Positions 27,418 through 38,157 are shown, counted from the first letter of the whole stretch. The stretch: 62,132 nt of DNA, filler included, from 7 parts of 7 records of this genome joined end to end with filler, not necessarily neighbours in it, one strand, 5' to 3'. Made by a program: numbers and translations. The notes: a model not told the origin generated them from the sequence alone.

Positions 27418-30111
27418 TCAAAACTCAATTCCAAAAGATAGGTTTGGGGTGATTCCCATCAGGGCTACATTCGTTGAACTGATGATTGGATTTCTTCGGT
27501 TTCGTGCATCGGCTGGCGCAATCACCGACACTTTAGTGTCGAACACATTTTCGCGATCATATAAATTGAAAATGCTCAAAGCGAGATGCGCACTGCCTAG
27601 ACCTAGCTGAAACCGATACTTTGCACTCACATCAAGGCGATGGTATTCTGGAAGACGCTCCCCATTCCTTTCTGTAAAATTCAGTTTGCCTATGGTAGGG
27701 CCTCTATCTTCTGACGGCTTTCTGACTTCTATACCGTCAAATGAGCTATAGGGCTTTCCTGAACCATAAACCCAAGTCGCAGAAAACTCAAAGTTCTTAT
27801 AAGTGTAAGCGCCATACCAATTGAATTCGTGACGTTGGTCATGGTCGGCAAAGTAGCTTTTCCCTCGATTGAGTCTTGGAAAGGTATATTTAACCTCCGA
27901 GAGCGTATAAGACAACCAGCTGCTCAACTTTCCGAAATCACGCTTTACCATAAACTCAAGGCCCTTGGAGGTTCCATTTCCTTCATCAAAAATCCTTCTT
28001 TCATCATCGAACTGAGTAATCAGACTTCCGTTTTTAAAGGCATATTCCAGCAAACCGTCAAACTCTTTTCTGAAATAACTGATGGAAAACATGTCTCCAC
28101 CTTTATTGTATTCCAAACTGAGAAGGCCATGCCAGGCATGCTGAACAGGGACGCTTTTATCATTGGCCAAAATCCAGAAATCACGACTTCCTTCAAGTGC
28201 ATTTTTAGTGTTCGACTGATTGATAAACTGATTATATAGACCCGTGGCTCCCTTGAATTGGAAGCTGCTATTGAGTTGATAAAGGAATGACAACCTTGGC
28301 TCCAAATAAACCCTTTGCGTGGTAGACAGGTAGCTAGTACGAAGGCCAGGGGTGAAGGAAAAACTCGGATTAAGGTAGAATGAGCCTTGAAGATAATGCG
28401 CGATTAAAGACTCGTTTTTTGTTGAATTATCCACCAATACCGAGTCGTCTGCTTCGTATATAAATTCATTATTATATAGGGAGACCATTACTCCCGTTTC
28501 GATTTTCCTGGAGCTGTTAATGTCCCATTCATGATCGAACTTTAAAGAAACGTCTTCGATACTATTCAATTGATCTTGTTTGGTACTTGACTCAAATTCG
28601 CCTTCGGTTCTTGACACACTTTTGCTGGTCGCTCTTTCGTTATAGGTACTTTCATAATTTGAGTAAGAAAATAGTAAGCTGGAGTAATGGCTTGTGTTCC
28701 ATAAGCGTGAAAGATTCAACGAAGTACCCACATTCCCCCATTTAATAATTCCCAATTTATCGGTGTCCACACGAAGGGTATCCCTATATCTAGTTTGTGA
28801 CGTTTCGGTATAATTTAGAATATCGTTGCTATCATAAAAACTAAAAGACAAGTGATTTTTAGGGCTAATTCTTGTCGAAATTTTTAGGTTGAGATCGGTA
28901 TAGTAAAAGTCAGGAATGAGCTCACTTCTTATGGTTCGCTCAGTTCTAGGAAGTTGTCCATCTTGGTCCTCGGTAATACTACTTTCAAAAATCGAGAAGA
29001 TGTTTTCGAATAAAGAGGAACTCCAAATGTCGGTATAAGACCGCCTTCCCGAAAAGAATAAAGTGGCTCCATGATCAGAAAGAGGAACTTCCAAAGACGT
29101 GTTCACACTTAACAAATTAAACCCCAAAGAACCGCTCGTTTTATTACGGTTTCCGTCTTTTCCAGAAATGTCAACCACGCTGGATACCCTACCTCCATAC
29201 TTGGATTCGAAGCCGCCTTTATACAGCCGAAGCGACTTAATGGCCAAAGGATTAAATGCGCTAAAGTATCCGAAGAAATGATCAACATGGTACACGGTAA
29301 AACCATCGAAGAGTATGAGGTTTTGATTTGAGGTGCCACCATTAATACTGAGCCCAGAAGAAGCCTCATTCGTAGCATTTACGCCTGGCAGTAATTGTAA
29401 AGTTCTGAAGACATCTTCTTCGCCCACCGATGGTGTTTTCTGCGCAATGGCCGGATTCATAGTGAATTTGCCTGCCTGTTCTTCACTTTTAAAGTCGTTC
29501 GTTTCCTTTTCCGATTCCACCAACACATCTTCCAATTCTACATAATTGGGCTGAAGTTTAACCTGCAACCTTCTATTTCTATAATCATTACTTATCGTCA
29601 ATAAAGTGTCTCTGTAGCCTAAATAAGAAATGTTCAATTGGGTCTGTTCATTTACCATGGGAATAGAAAAATAGCCTTCAACATTGGCCATTATATTTTG
29701 CTGACGATTATTAACCCAAACGTATGCATAGGGTAATTCTTCTCCAGAAATGGCATCACTCACCACAGCTGTCAATTCAAAAGTACTGGCCACTTCTACC
29801 GAATCAGTTTTCTTTTTTTTGATGATTACGGTGTTGGCCGAAACCAATTCAAAAGTCAAATCAGTTCCTTCTAAAACTTTGGAAAAAGTATCGTAAACAT
29901 TGAGGTTGTTGATGGATGCATTGATTTGAATATTGCGTACGAACTTGTCTGTAAAAGCAATCTTGAGTTGGTAATTGTCCTTTAGCGTTCTTAAAACTTC
30001 TTTGAGGGGGGCATTTTTAAATTGTTCATTGATCACAACATCATCATTGCCAAACAGAAGGTTTGGCAATGTACAGCTGATAAAAACGATGACAATAAAT
30101 CGATTTCTCAT
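27418..30111 (-). CDS. TonB-dependent receptor with an N-terminal signalling (STN-like) extension
   Basis: N-terminal LKEVLRTL domain, CarboxypepD-like domain, plug DVFRTLQLLPGV...GGFESKYGGRVSSV, YHRLD, terminal F. Confidence 0.9.
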   Translation of the reverse strand: MRNRFIVIVFISCTLPNLLFGNDDVVINEQFKNAPLKEVLRTLKDNYQLKIAFTDKFVRNIQINASINNLNVYDTFSKVLEGTDLTFELVSANTVIIKKKKTDSVEVASTFELTAVVSDAISGEELPYAYVWVNNRQQNIMANVEGYFSIPMVNEQTQLNISYLGYRDTLLTISNDYRNRRLQVKLQPNYVELEDVLVESEKETNDFKSEEQAGKFTMNPAIAQKTPSVGEEDVFRTLQLLPGVNATNEASSGLSINGGTSNQNLILFDGFTVYHVDHFFGYFSAFNPLAIKSLRLYKGGFESKYGGRVSSVVDISGKDGNRNKTSGSLGFNLLSVNTSLEVPLSDHGATLFFSGRRSYTDIWSSSLFENIFSIFESSITEDQDGQLPRTERTIRSELIPDFYYTDLNLKISTRISPKNHLSFSFYDSNDILNYTETSQTRYRDTLRVDTDKLGIIKWGNVGTSLNLSRLWNTSHYSSLLFSYSNYESTYNERATSKSVSRTEGEFESSTKQDQLNSIEDVSLKFDHEWDINSSRKIETGVMVSLYNNEFIYEADDSVLVDNSTKNESLIAHYLQGSFYLNPSFSFTPGLRTSYLSTTQRVYLEPRLSFLYQLNSSFQFKGATGLYNQFINQSNTKNALEGSRDFWILANDKSVPVQHAWHGLLSLEYNKGGDMFSISYFRKEFDGLLEYAFKNGSLITQFDDERRIFDEGNGTSKGLEFMVKRDFGKLSSWLSYTLSEVKYTFPRLNRGKSYFADHDQRHEFNWYGAYTYKNFEFSATWVYGSGKPYSSFDGIEVRKPSEDRGPTIGKLNFTERNGERLPEYHRLDVSAKYRFQLGLGSAHLALSIFNLYDRENVFDTKVSVIAPADARNRRNPIISSTNVALMGITPNLSFGIEF

Positions 30112-30156
30112 AGAAGCTTGTAATCATTTTGCTTATTGCGTTAAGCAAACATAAGG

Positions 30157-31029
30157 CTATTCTTTCAAAGGTGTCAGTTCAATGTTTTTACCTTTTTGTT
30201 TGGCTTCTAAGCCCATTGCCTCGCTCACCATTTTCAAGGCCATGGCCAAATCCTTATTATTGAAATAGCCAGTATATCTTTCCTTTATATAGCTATCAGG
30301 GTAGCTTACCGTAACACCATATTGTCTTTCCAATTCGTCAATTACGTTTTCAAAAGGCGTCTGATCAAAGTAAAATTCACCTGTTCGCCAATCTTGAATT
30401 TCTTCCTTATCATATTCAAAAGGTCGAAGTATCTCTTCCTTTAGCACCACGCCTTCACCCGGTAAAAGAATTACTTCTTCATGGGTACGATTAGAACTTA
30501 CCAATACTTTTCCTGTGCTGCATTTCACTTCATACTTCTTTCCTCGCGCATAAATATTAAAGCTGGTGCCTAATACTTGAGTTCTTCCTAAGGTTGAATT
30601 CACCACAAATTCGCCCCCTTTTTCTACCTCAAAAAAGGCCTCTCCTTCAAGGCTCAATTCGCGCTTCAATTTCCAAAGCAATTTGTTGTATTGAATTTGA
30701 GAACCTGAATTCATTGTCACTATGGATCCATCAGGCAATGTCACCTCTTGTTGAGCCGTATTTCCTACAGTTATTTTTACCTGATTGATGGCATAAAACG
30801 CATAACCAGCCGTGAGCAAAATAGCGATTGAAGCCGCCACTTTTAAAAAGAAACCAAACACAGATTTTGTCGGCTTCGACACATATAAAGGTCTTACCAC
30901 TGTTTCTTTTTCTTGCGGAAGCACCTTGTCTAGCTCATCGAACAGACGCTTTGTTGAGGCATCGCTGGGCAACTCGTCATGTTGATATGAGGACAATTTA
31001 TTTTCTATTTTCTTGTCAAAGTTTTCCAT
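30157..31029 (-). CDS. FecR-family anti-sigma factor
   Basis: One TM helix, then LPDGSIVTMNSGS, LEGEAFFEV, VLGTSFNI. Confidence 0.93.
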   Translation of the reverse strand: MENFDKKIENKLSSYQHDELPSDASTKRLFDELDKVLPQEKETVVRPLYVSKPTKSVFGFFLKVAASIAILLTAGYAFYAINQVKITVGNTAQQEVTLPDGSIVTMNSGSQIQYNKLLWKLKRELSLEGEAFFEVEKGGEFVVNSTLGRTQVLGTSFNIYARGKKYEVKCSTGKVLVSSNRTHEEVILLPGEGVVLKEEILRPFEYDKEEIQDWRTGEFYFDQTPFENVIDELERQYGVTVSYPDSYIKERYTGYFNNKDLAMALKMVSEAMGLEAKQKGKNIELTPLKE

Positions 31030-31039
31030 AATCCTGCTA

Positions 31040-31576
31040 TTAAGATGCCTGACGGCTTAATGCTAGCTTTAGTTTATTCCTGGCTTTCGCCAAATTGGAT
31101 TTCGATGTGCCTTCGTTAATCCCCAATTGTGTTGCAATTTCGTGATGCTTGTAGCCTTCCATTACATACAGGTTGAACACCATTTTGTATGCTGGGGGCA
31201 AGTCTTGAACCAGGTGCACAATTTCTTGAGCTGAAAGTTGATCGATAATGTTATCCTCAAAACTTTCTACGCCTCTGGCTTCATCAATATCATCCTGATC
31301 GTAGTGCTTTTTGTTACTCCTAAAGTAATCAATCGCAGCATTGATAAATATGCGTCTGACCCAACCTTTAAAGCCAAAATCTGCATCATATTTTTCGATG
31401 TGGGTAAAGACTTTCAGAAAACCATCGTGGGCAATTTCTTCTGCTTCGTCTCTGGTTTTTGAATAAGGCATACAGATGCTCATTGCATAGCCATAATATT
31501 GCTTATACAGTGCTGTCTGGGCGGCCCTGTCATTGGATTTACATCCTTCAATAAGCTGTATTACGTTCTCTGTCAT
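31040..31576 (-). CDS. ECF RNA polymerase sigma-70 factor
   Basis: AQTALY, DGFLKVF, WVRRIFINAAID, VFNLYVMEGYKHHEIA, GTSKSNL; likely start MTENV at 31576. Confidence 0.95.
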   Translation of the reverse strand: MTENVIQLIEGCKSNDRAAQTALYKQYYGYAMSICMPYSKTRDEAEEIAHDGFLKVFTHIEKYDADFGFKGWVRRIFINAAIDYFRSNKKHYDQDDIDEARGVESFEDNIIDQLSAQEIVHLVQDLPPAYKMVFNLYVMEGYKHHEIATQLGINEGTSKSNLAKARNKLKLALSRQAS

Positions 31577-31641
31577 TTTGTTTGCTTGCAAAAAGATACC
31601 GGAAATCTTTCGATTTCCGGCCCTCATTTATGAAAAGGGGC

Positions 31642-32430
31642 TTAGCCCCTTTTCATCCCACACGTTTTCAACTCAACGAAATTTCCGTCTGCATCGAATA
31701 TCAAGGCGCCAACGTCTTTCACTAAAACGTGAATCTCAATGGCTCCATCTCTTTCTCCAGTTCTAGCGCCTAACACTTCATTGTCAGGGTAGTTATTGGT
31801 GATATATGTTCTAATCGCTTCTGCTAAATCTTCAATTTCTACTTTCTCAAAACGTCTACAGTTCTTCTCTTGACGCTCCTTCAGTGCTACAAAGTTTCCA
31901 TCCACATCAAAAACCACTACACCCACTTCTTTGACCAAAACATGGTATTGGCTAATGTCTGCATTGTCAATAAATATCACTTTTAATACTGTGCTGTCAG
32001 GATAATTGGTCGTCAAATAATCTGCAGCTGTAGTTGGTAAATCGGCCACTTCTAACTGTGTTGGCCTATCGCCTTCTGGTCGATCCCCTTTTCTCTGGTG
32101 CTTTCCTCTGCGTTGTGGACGGCCAGCACAATCTACCTGCGACACATCTTCACCAAACTCTTCTAGATCTCCGTTTTGCGAAAAGACCAAGTTCATGCTA
32201 TTGGTTAAAAACACTTCGAAATTTGTACTCTCCGAGCTCTTCACTTCAAAAGCCGAAGTAGCTACTTCGCCCACAAAATTTTCATTGATATAGTTTTGTA
32301 CCGTACTGGGCAAACTCTCCGTATTGATTTCCGTTACGGTTACATCATTAATGTCACTTGATATTTCATCGTCTTGACAAGCTGTGATGAGCGCCAAGGA
32401 AAACGACATGATTAAGATTTTCTTTAACAT
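31642..32430 (-). CDS. Lipoprotein with three PepSY-like (DUF2874/BLIP-like) repeats
   Basis: Lipobox ITAC; three repeats LPxxVxxYIxxNYP...(L/V)xFDxxGNF. Confidence 0.8.
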   Translation of the reverse strand: MLKKILIMSFSLALITACQDDEISSDINDVTVTEINTESLPSTVQNYINENFVGEVATSAFEVKSSESTNFEVFLTNSMNLVFSQNGDLEEFGEDVSQVDCAGRPQRRGKHQRKGDRPEGDRPTQLEVADLPTTAADYLTTNYPDSTVLKVIFIDNADISQYHVLVKEVGVVVFDVDGNFVALKERQEKNCRRFEKVEIEDLAEAIRTYITNNYPDNEVLGARTGERDGAIEIHVLVKDVGALIFDADGNFVELKTCGMKRG

Positions 32431-32568
32431 TTTCTTTCGGGTTATGTGAAACATTTATTGATTCTGAAGCCCATACGGACTGAGTTGCCAAAACCGTTGC
32501 CTCGATCAGAAAATAAAATTCATATATCTCATTTTTGATTAAATTCACCATTCGAAAAACCACCTATT

Positions 32569-33021
32569 ATGAAGCAGATTAGTAACAAAGGAAAAGTGAA
32601 CCGTTTTAAATACTTACTGTATTTCTACCTACTTTTTGCGGTTTTCATCTTTGTATATAAATACATTATTCGCCCAGACCTGCCCAGTTTGATATTATTA
32701 GTAGCCTTTGCGCCTATTTTTGGGTTTTTATCTAGCTTGGTGAATTGGCCATTGTACGTTACCGCAATGGAAACGGAAGGTGGGATTGCGATCAGCACAA
32801 GAAAATTATTCTCGAAAAAGGAGAATTCGATTTTGGTGACCAAGTACAACTTTGATAGTTATTACGAAACCGATCACCTCCACATTGGCATGAACCTGTT
32901 GGACAAGGATGATCAGCTGCAAAAGCACAAGCTGCGCATTAGCTGGTTACGCATTAAAGACCTTCGTGCTTTGGAAGAAAAGCTGAGAGAGATAAATCCT
33001 TATGCACCTGTGAAGGAGTAA
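32569..33021 (+). CDS. Hypothetical membrane protein (2 TM plus soluble domain)
   Basis: 150-aa ORF with two hydrophobic segments; TTG start uncertain. Confidence 0.55.
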   Translation: MKQISNKGKVNRFKYLLYFYLLFAVFIFVYKYIIRPDLPSLILLVAFAPIFGFLSSLVNWPLYVTAMETEGGIAISTRKLFSKKENSILVTKYNFDSYYETDHLHIGMNLLDKDDQLQKHKLRISWLRIKDLRALEEKLREINPYAPVKE

Positions 33022-33078
33022 GTTAAGCTTGTTCCGGTTCTGCATTAAGCGAAAACCGAAACAAGCTCATAATCTTAC

Positions 33079-35442
33079 TTACTCATACTTCAAGCTTTTG
33101 ACAGGATTGGCTGCTGCCGCGCGGAAGGAATGATAGCTTACCGTAAGCAAAGCAATGATGACAGAAGCGCAACCCGCTAAAACATATACACCTACACCAA
33201 TATTCACTTGATATTCGAAGGCCGAGAGGAAATCGGACAAAAAGAAGTAGGACAATGGCACGGCAATTCCAAAACCCAAAAGTACCAGTAGCAGGAAGTT
33301 TTTGGCCAAGAGCATAATCAAATTGCCAATTCCAGCACCCAATACTTTACGAATCCCTATTTCCTTGATGCGTTGTTCTGCGGCAAAAGAAGCCAAACCG
33401 AAAAGGCCTAACAAAGAAATAAACACGGCAATCAAAGTGAAAATATTGGCCAAAGTACCAATGTCGCTTTCTCTACGGTAGAGGTTTTCGTATTGCTCGT
33501 CTAAGAATTGATATTCAAAGGGATATTGACCATTTACTTCTTTAAATACCTTTTCCACATAATCCAAAGTGGCCTTGGTGTTTGCAGTAGTCGTTTTCAT
33601 AAACAGAACATTGGATGATTCTGGTCTTAAGCTGATCACCAAAGGATCAATTTTATTGTGCAGCGAAGCAAAATGGAAATCCTTTACAATGCCCACTACC
33701 TTGCCTTGTCTGTCCCAAAAAGTAATGGGCTGATTCAATGGGCTTTCAATGTTCATGTTTTTGGCCGTTTGCTCATTGATGACCACATTGAGCGTGTCGC
33801 TGACCAAGTCAGGGTCAAAAGAACGGCCTTCTTTCATTTCCATTCCCAAGGTTTCAATAAAACCTGTGCTCACCTGCAGCACTGTAAATAACACTTCACT
33901 TTCAGGGTCTTTTCCTTCCCAAGAAAAACCACCCGAGGTAGAACTACCAATATTAATGGGGGTATTACTGGCCGTGGAAACATTCAAAATGTTCGGGTTT
34001 TCCAGCATTTTTGCTTTAAAAAGCTCAATCTTACTTTCATTCTGAAGCTCTCCTTCCATAGGAATATAGATCACATTCTCTTTGTCATAACCGAGATTGA
34101 TATTCTTTACATAGGAAATCTGCTTATGCACGGCCAAACTACTGATGATCAAGAAAATGGAGATCAGAAATTGAAAAACCACCAATCCTTTTCGAATGCC
34201 ATTGGTCCAGCCCGAAGAACGGAAACTGCCTCGCAATACTTTAATGGGAGAAAAAGAAGAAAGGAAAATGGAAGGATAGCTTCCCGCTAATACACCCACC
34301 ACCAAGGCTATTCCGATAATCAACAGCAGGTTATTTACGTCTAAAAGGGAAAAGGCCATCGCCTTATCAGTAAAATCATTGAGGGAGGGAAGCAAGAGCA
34401 TAATCACCAAACCCGCCAGCAATGTGGAGGCCAAAGCCATGATTACCGACTCTCCCATAAATTGAGCAATCAGCTGACCTCGGGTAGAACCAACTGCTTT
34501 CTTGACACCCACTTCTTTTGCTCTTTTGGAAGAACGTGCCGTAGCCAGGTTCATAAAATTGATACAAGCGATCACCAAAATGAAAACGGCCACATAACCA
34601 AACAACCTCACATAGGTAATTCTTCCACCTGCTTGAAGTCCATCTTTGTATCTTCCGTGCAAGTACTGTTCTCCTAAATTCTGAACAAAGAGCTCCACAA
34701 CAGAACCCTCATTCTTCGTTTTTATAAAGTCCTTAATTTTTGTGTTGAAGGCTTGAGCATCCACTCCTTCATGAAGTTTAACATAATCTCTAATGCCGTT
34801 GTTTCCCCAATCTTCCAGCCATTCATTCCTAGTAAGCCAAGGTTCAATGGGCAATACAAATTCAAAGTCGAGGGTTGAATTGACGGGCGGGTCTTTAAAT
34901 ACACCTCCAATTTTATATTCACCCCAACCGTTAATGCGTACCGTTTTATCTAAAACCTCAGTGGTTTTGAACATTCGTTCAGCAAAAGTTTCCGAAATGT
35001 AAGCGATGTCTGGTGCAGTCAAACTGTTTTCTTGACTCCCTTCAATAAAAGGAAAGTCAAAAACTTGAAAAAAGTCTTCGCTGGCCACCCTGCCTTGGGA
35101 TTTATAGGACTGATCGTTTACAATAAACAGACGCTCTTCCTCCCAGACCAGCTGAGTGATGTATTCTACTTCTGGCATTTCGGCCTTAAAGGCCTCTTTC
35201 AAAGGGCCTGGATTTGCCGTTGTGGTTAGTACATAGCCGCCAGAATAGCGCTGATGTTCCATTACCTGATAGATTCGGTCTATATCCTTATGAAAAAGAT
35301 TAACGGACTTTTCATCTTGGATATAAAGGAACAGCATTAGACTTGTTGCAATTCCCACTGTGAGACCAGAAATGTTTAAAATAGCATAGCCGCGTTCTTT
35401 CCAAAAGACACGCAGCGCAGTGATAAAAATGTTTTTGACCAT
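33079..35442 (-). CDS. MacB/FtsX-family ABC transporter permease
   Basis: NISGLTVGIA, IACINFMNLATARSSKRAKEVGVKK, EQRIKEIGIRKVLGA, ANPVKSLKYE. Confidence 0.94.
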   Translation of the reverse strand: MVKNIFITALRVFWKERGYAILNISGLTVGIATSLMLFLYIQDEKSVNLFHKDIDRIYQVMEHQRYSGGYVLTTTANPGPLKEAFKAEMPEVEYITQLVWEEERLFIVNDQSYKSQGRVASEDFFQVFDFPFIEGSQENSLTAPDIAYISETFAERMFKTTEVLDKTVRINGWGEYKIGGVFKDPPVNSTLDFEFVLPIEPWLTRNEWLEDWGNNGIRDYVKLHEGVDAQAFNTKIKDFIKTKNEGSVVELFVQNLGEQYLHGRYKDGLQAGGRITYVRLFGYVAVFILVIACINFMNLATARSSKRAKEVGVKKAVGSTRGQLIAQFMGESVIMALASTLLAGLVIMLLLPSLNDFTDKAMAFSLLDVNNLLLIIGIALVVGVLAGSYPSIFLSSFSPIKVLRGSFRSSGWTNGIRKGLVVFQFLISIFLIISSLAVHKQISYVKNINLGYDKENVIYIPMEGELQNESKIELFKAKMLENPNILNVSTASNTPINIGSSTSGGFSWEGKDPESEVLFTVLQVSTGFIETLGMEMKEGRSFDPDLVSDTLNVVINEQTAKNMNIESPLNQPITFWDRQGKVVGIVKDFHFASLHNKIDPLVISLRPESSNVLFMKTTTANTKATLDYVEKVFKEVNGQYPFEYQFLDEQYENLYRRESDIGTLANIFTLIAVFISLLGLFGLASFAAEQRIKEIGIRKVLGAGIGNLIMLLAKNFLLLVLLGFGIAVPLSYFFLSDFLSAFEYQVNIGVGVYVLAGCASVIIALLTVSYHSFRAAAANPVKSLKYE

Positions 35443-35629
35443 GGTTTTGTTGATTTGAGCTTACTAATCAGACGTGGTTGTTTGCAATTCATTACTCCAC
35501 AGATGCAAAAAAGTAACAAAGGTTGCACCTATTGGCAGTATTGGGCCATCTCAAAGCACTGATTCAGAGGCTAGAAAAGAAATACATTTATTTTTTAGCT
35601 AAAGGCATTGCATATTTAAAGCCCTTAGT

Positions 35630-35637
35630 TAAATTTG
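35630..35637 (+). promoter_or_regulatory. -7 promoter element of the tRNA
   Basis: TAAATTTG, with TTG at 35608-35610 as a possible -33 element. Confidence 0.6.
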
Positions 35638-35680
35638 CACTCCAATTCGCCACAAGGGCGGAAAATAAGTATTGAAATAA

Positions 35681-35707
35681 GCGAGAGTAGCTCAGCTGGT
35701 AGAGCAC
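35681..35707 (+). tRNA. 5' part of a tRNA, probably tRNA-Gly (cut by the contig end; anticodon not visible)
   Basis: GCGAGAG-TA-GCTC-AGCTGGTA-GAGC-AC = acceptor 5' strand plus complete D arm. Confidence 0.8.
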
Positions 35708-35807
35708 NNNNNNNNNNNNNNNNNNNNNNNNNNNNNNNNNNNNNNNNNNNNTTAATTAATTAANNNNNNNNNNNNNNNNNNNNNNNNNNNNNNNNNNNNN
35801 NNNNNNN
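35708..35807. other. Artificial contig spacer
   Basis: 44 N + TTAATTAATTAA + 44 N. Confidence 0.99.
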
Positions 35808-35866
35808 CAAATTTAATTCATTTCGACGCAGAGCGTCTGGGAATTAGACCCTCTATGAGGGATTAA
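35808..35866 (+). repeat. Right half of a dispersed REP/MITE-like repeat
   Basis: ATTTCGACGCAGAGCGT (17 nt) identical to 38082-38098; both copies end in GGGATTAA. Confidence 0.75.
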
Positions 35867-35911
35867 TAACAAATAGCAACTCAAAAACATTCAGGAATAA
35901 CATAAAACTCC

Positions 35912-36560
35912 TTAAAATTTTAAAGGGTCTAAGTTTTTAAAATGCCCATTCATTTGAATTAGTTTTCTTGTATCGTTAACTTGATTTAATATAGGGAGTA
36001 CTTTTAATAAATGTGCTTTTATAAATTGAACACGTTCCCGCTCACTCACTATTTCTAATAGCTGATATTCTTCTCCTATACTCATCCCTATTTTATGGGC
36101 AAACAAAAAACTATTAAAAGTTTCTATCTGAATATTGTGTGCAGAAACACCAATAATTGCATATAATTGCATATAATTGCTTAATTAAAGCTATTACTTC
36201 AGAATATTCTTCGAGCGTACTATCATCTTTATTTTCAAAAAATTGAACTTCGCCTCCCGCATATAATTTATTAGGAATTGGATTAAAGAATTTATCTACT
36301 TTAAAAGTCCTAATCCCTTTACATAGAATACATAGAATATCCATGCTTCCGTTATCATAGTTTTTTACAATCTCTTCTAACTTCACTTCTGTACCATAAC
36401 TTAATTTCCCTTCCAAAAAAGTAGGAATTCCAAAGTTTAAGCCTCTTCGTTTACAATCGTTTATTAATTGTTTATAGCGTTCTTCAAATATGTGTAATGG
36501 AAGTACCTCCGTAGGAAAAACAACAATTTGAAGCGGAAACAGCGGAATAATTCTATTCAT
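35912..36560 (-). pseudogene. LON peptidase substrate-binding domain protein, frameshifted
   Basis: IPLFPLQIVVFP..LPLHIFEERYKQLI start; C-terminal half (LSIGEEYQLL-like, IQMNGHFK) in another frame; a 10-bp duplication at 36161-36180 explains the shift. Confidence 0.85.
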
Positions 36561-36782
36561 AACAGACACGTTCTTGTAAGTTTATAATTATAGTTCTAAA
36601 AGGCAAAAATGCTTTTTAGCGACAGCTATTTCTTAAATTTACAAAAAATACTTTTTAAATTTTAGAAATCACCAACCTTATGTTATAAATGTAACATTGT
36701 GTTTTATTTTTATATATTTAATAAAATTTATTTTGAATACGAATCTACTTTTCTAATTTTGCCTTCTAATATATAATGTAGT

Positions 36783-38024
36783 ATGAACAATAGCGACCTT
36801 TTAAATGTAGCCAAAGAATTTGGCAGTCCGGTATACGTATACGACTCAGAAAAAATAACATCTCAATACCAAAGGCTTACTTCTGCTTTTAAGAATGTAA
36901 AGAATTTAAAACTAAATTATGCCGTAAAAGCGCTATCTAATGTGGCTATTCTTAAGCTTATGAATTCTTTAGGAAGTGGTTTAGATACTGTTTCCTTACA
37001 AGAAGTACAATTAGGTTTAATGGCAGATTTTAAGCCAGAAGACATCATTTTTACCCCTAATGGAGTTTCTTTAGAAGAAATTGAAGAAGTTGCCAAGTTG
37101 GGAGTTCAAATAAATATTGACAATCTTTCAATTCTAGAACAATTTGGAGCTCGAAATCCAAAAATTCCTGTTTGTATTAGAATCAATCCGCATGTTATGG
37201 CTGGTGGGAATTCTAATATTTCTGTAGGACATATCGATTCTAAATTCGGAATTAGTATCCACCAAATTCCGCATATTCTAAGAATTGTAGAAAATACTGG
37301 GATGCGAGTAAACGGTATCCATATGCATACGGGAAGCGATATTTTAGATATTGAAGTCTTCCTGTATGCTTCTGAAATTTTATTTGAAACTGCTAAAAAT
37401 TTCCACGATTTAGAATTTATAGATTTTGGAAGTGGTTTTAAAGTTCCTTATAAAGAAGGCGACATTGAAACTAATGTAGAGGAATTAGGAAAAAAACTTA
37501 CAAAACGCTTTAATGCTTTTTGTAAAGAATTTGGTCGCGACTTAACATTAGCTTTTGAGCCAGGTAAGTTTTTAGTAAGTGAAGCTGGTTTCTTTTTAGC
37601 AAAAGTAAATGTAGTTAAACAAACCACATCTACTGTTTTTGCAGGAATAGACTCTGGTTTTAACCACTTAATCCGACCAATGTTGTACAATTCTTACCAC
37701 AGAATTTACAATATCTCAAATCCGAAAGGGAAAGAGCGCTTCTACTCTATTGTAGGTTATATTTGCGAAACAGACACTTTTGGAAGTAACAGACGCATTA
37801 ACGAAATATCTGAAGGAGATATTCTTTGTTTCAAAAATGCTGGAGCTTATTGCTTCTCTATGGCTAGTAATTACAACTCTAGATTTAGACCGCCAGAAGT
37901 ATTATGGCATCAAGGGAAAGCTCATTTAATAAGAAAAGGAGAAACTTTTAACGACCTTATAAACAATCTTGTGGAGCCAGACATCCCTGAGATAAATAAA
38001 AAAGAACTCGTAAAAGAGGCATAA
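36783..38024 (+). CDS. lysA: Diaminopimelate decarboxylase
   Basis: YAVKAL PLP lysine, SKFG, HMHTGS, FEPGKFLV, GYICETD, GAYCFSMASNYNSR. Confidence 0.97.
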   Translation: MNNSDLLNVAKEFGSPVYVYDSEKITSQYQRLTSAFKNVKNLKLNYAVKALSNVAILKLMNSLGSGLDTVSLQEVQLGLMADFKPEDIIFTPNGVSLEEIEEVAKLGVQINIDNLSILEQFGARNPKIPVCIRINPHVMAGGNSNISVGHIDSKFGISIHQIPHILRIVENTGMRVNGIHMHTGSDILDIEVFLYASEILFETAKNFHDLEFIDFGSGFKVPYKEGDIETNVEELGKKLTKRFNAFCKEFGRDLTLAFEPGKFLVSEAGFFLAKVNVVKQTTSTVFAGIDSGFNHLIRPMLYNSYHRIYNISNPKGKERFYSIVGYICETDTFGSNRRINEISEGDILCFKNAGAYCFSMASNYNSRFRPPEVLWHQGKAHLIRKGETFNDLINNLVEPDIPEINKKELVKEA

Positions 38025-38034
38025 AATAATAAAA

Positions 38035-38128
38035 ACTACCTCTGGAGAAGCCCCAAGGTATTCAAAAAATAATTTAAACGTATTTCGACGCAGAGCGTTA
38101 GAAAAACAACCCCCTAAGAAGGGATTAA
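38035..38128 (+). repeat. Full, degenerate copy of the dispersed two-hairpin repeat
   Basis: ACTACCTC...AAGCC...GGTATTC, then AATTTAA...ATTTCGACGCAGAGCGT...GGGATTAA; the halves match the two contig ends. Confidence 0.7.
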
Positions 38129-38157
38129 AGCTCGGCAAAATTTGCCGAGCTTTTTTT
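38127..38157 (+). terminator. Intrinsic terminator after lysA
   Basis: AAAGCTCGGCAAA/TTTGCCGAGCTTT followed by a T tract. Confidence 0.88.
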
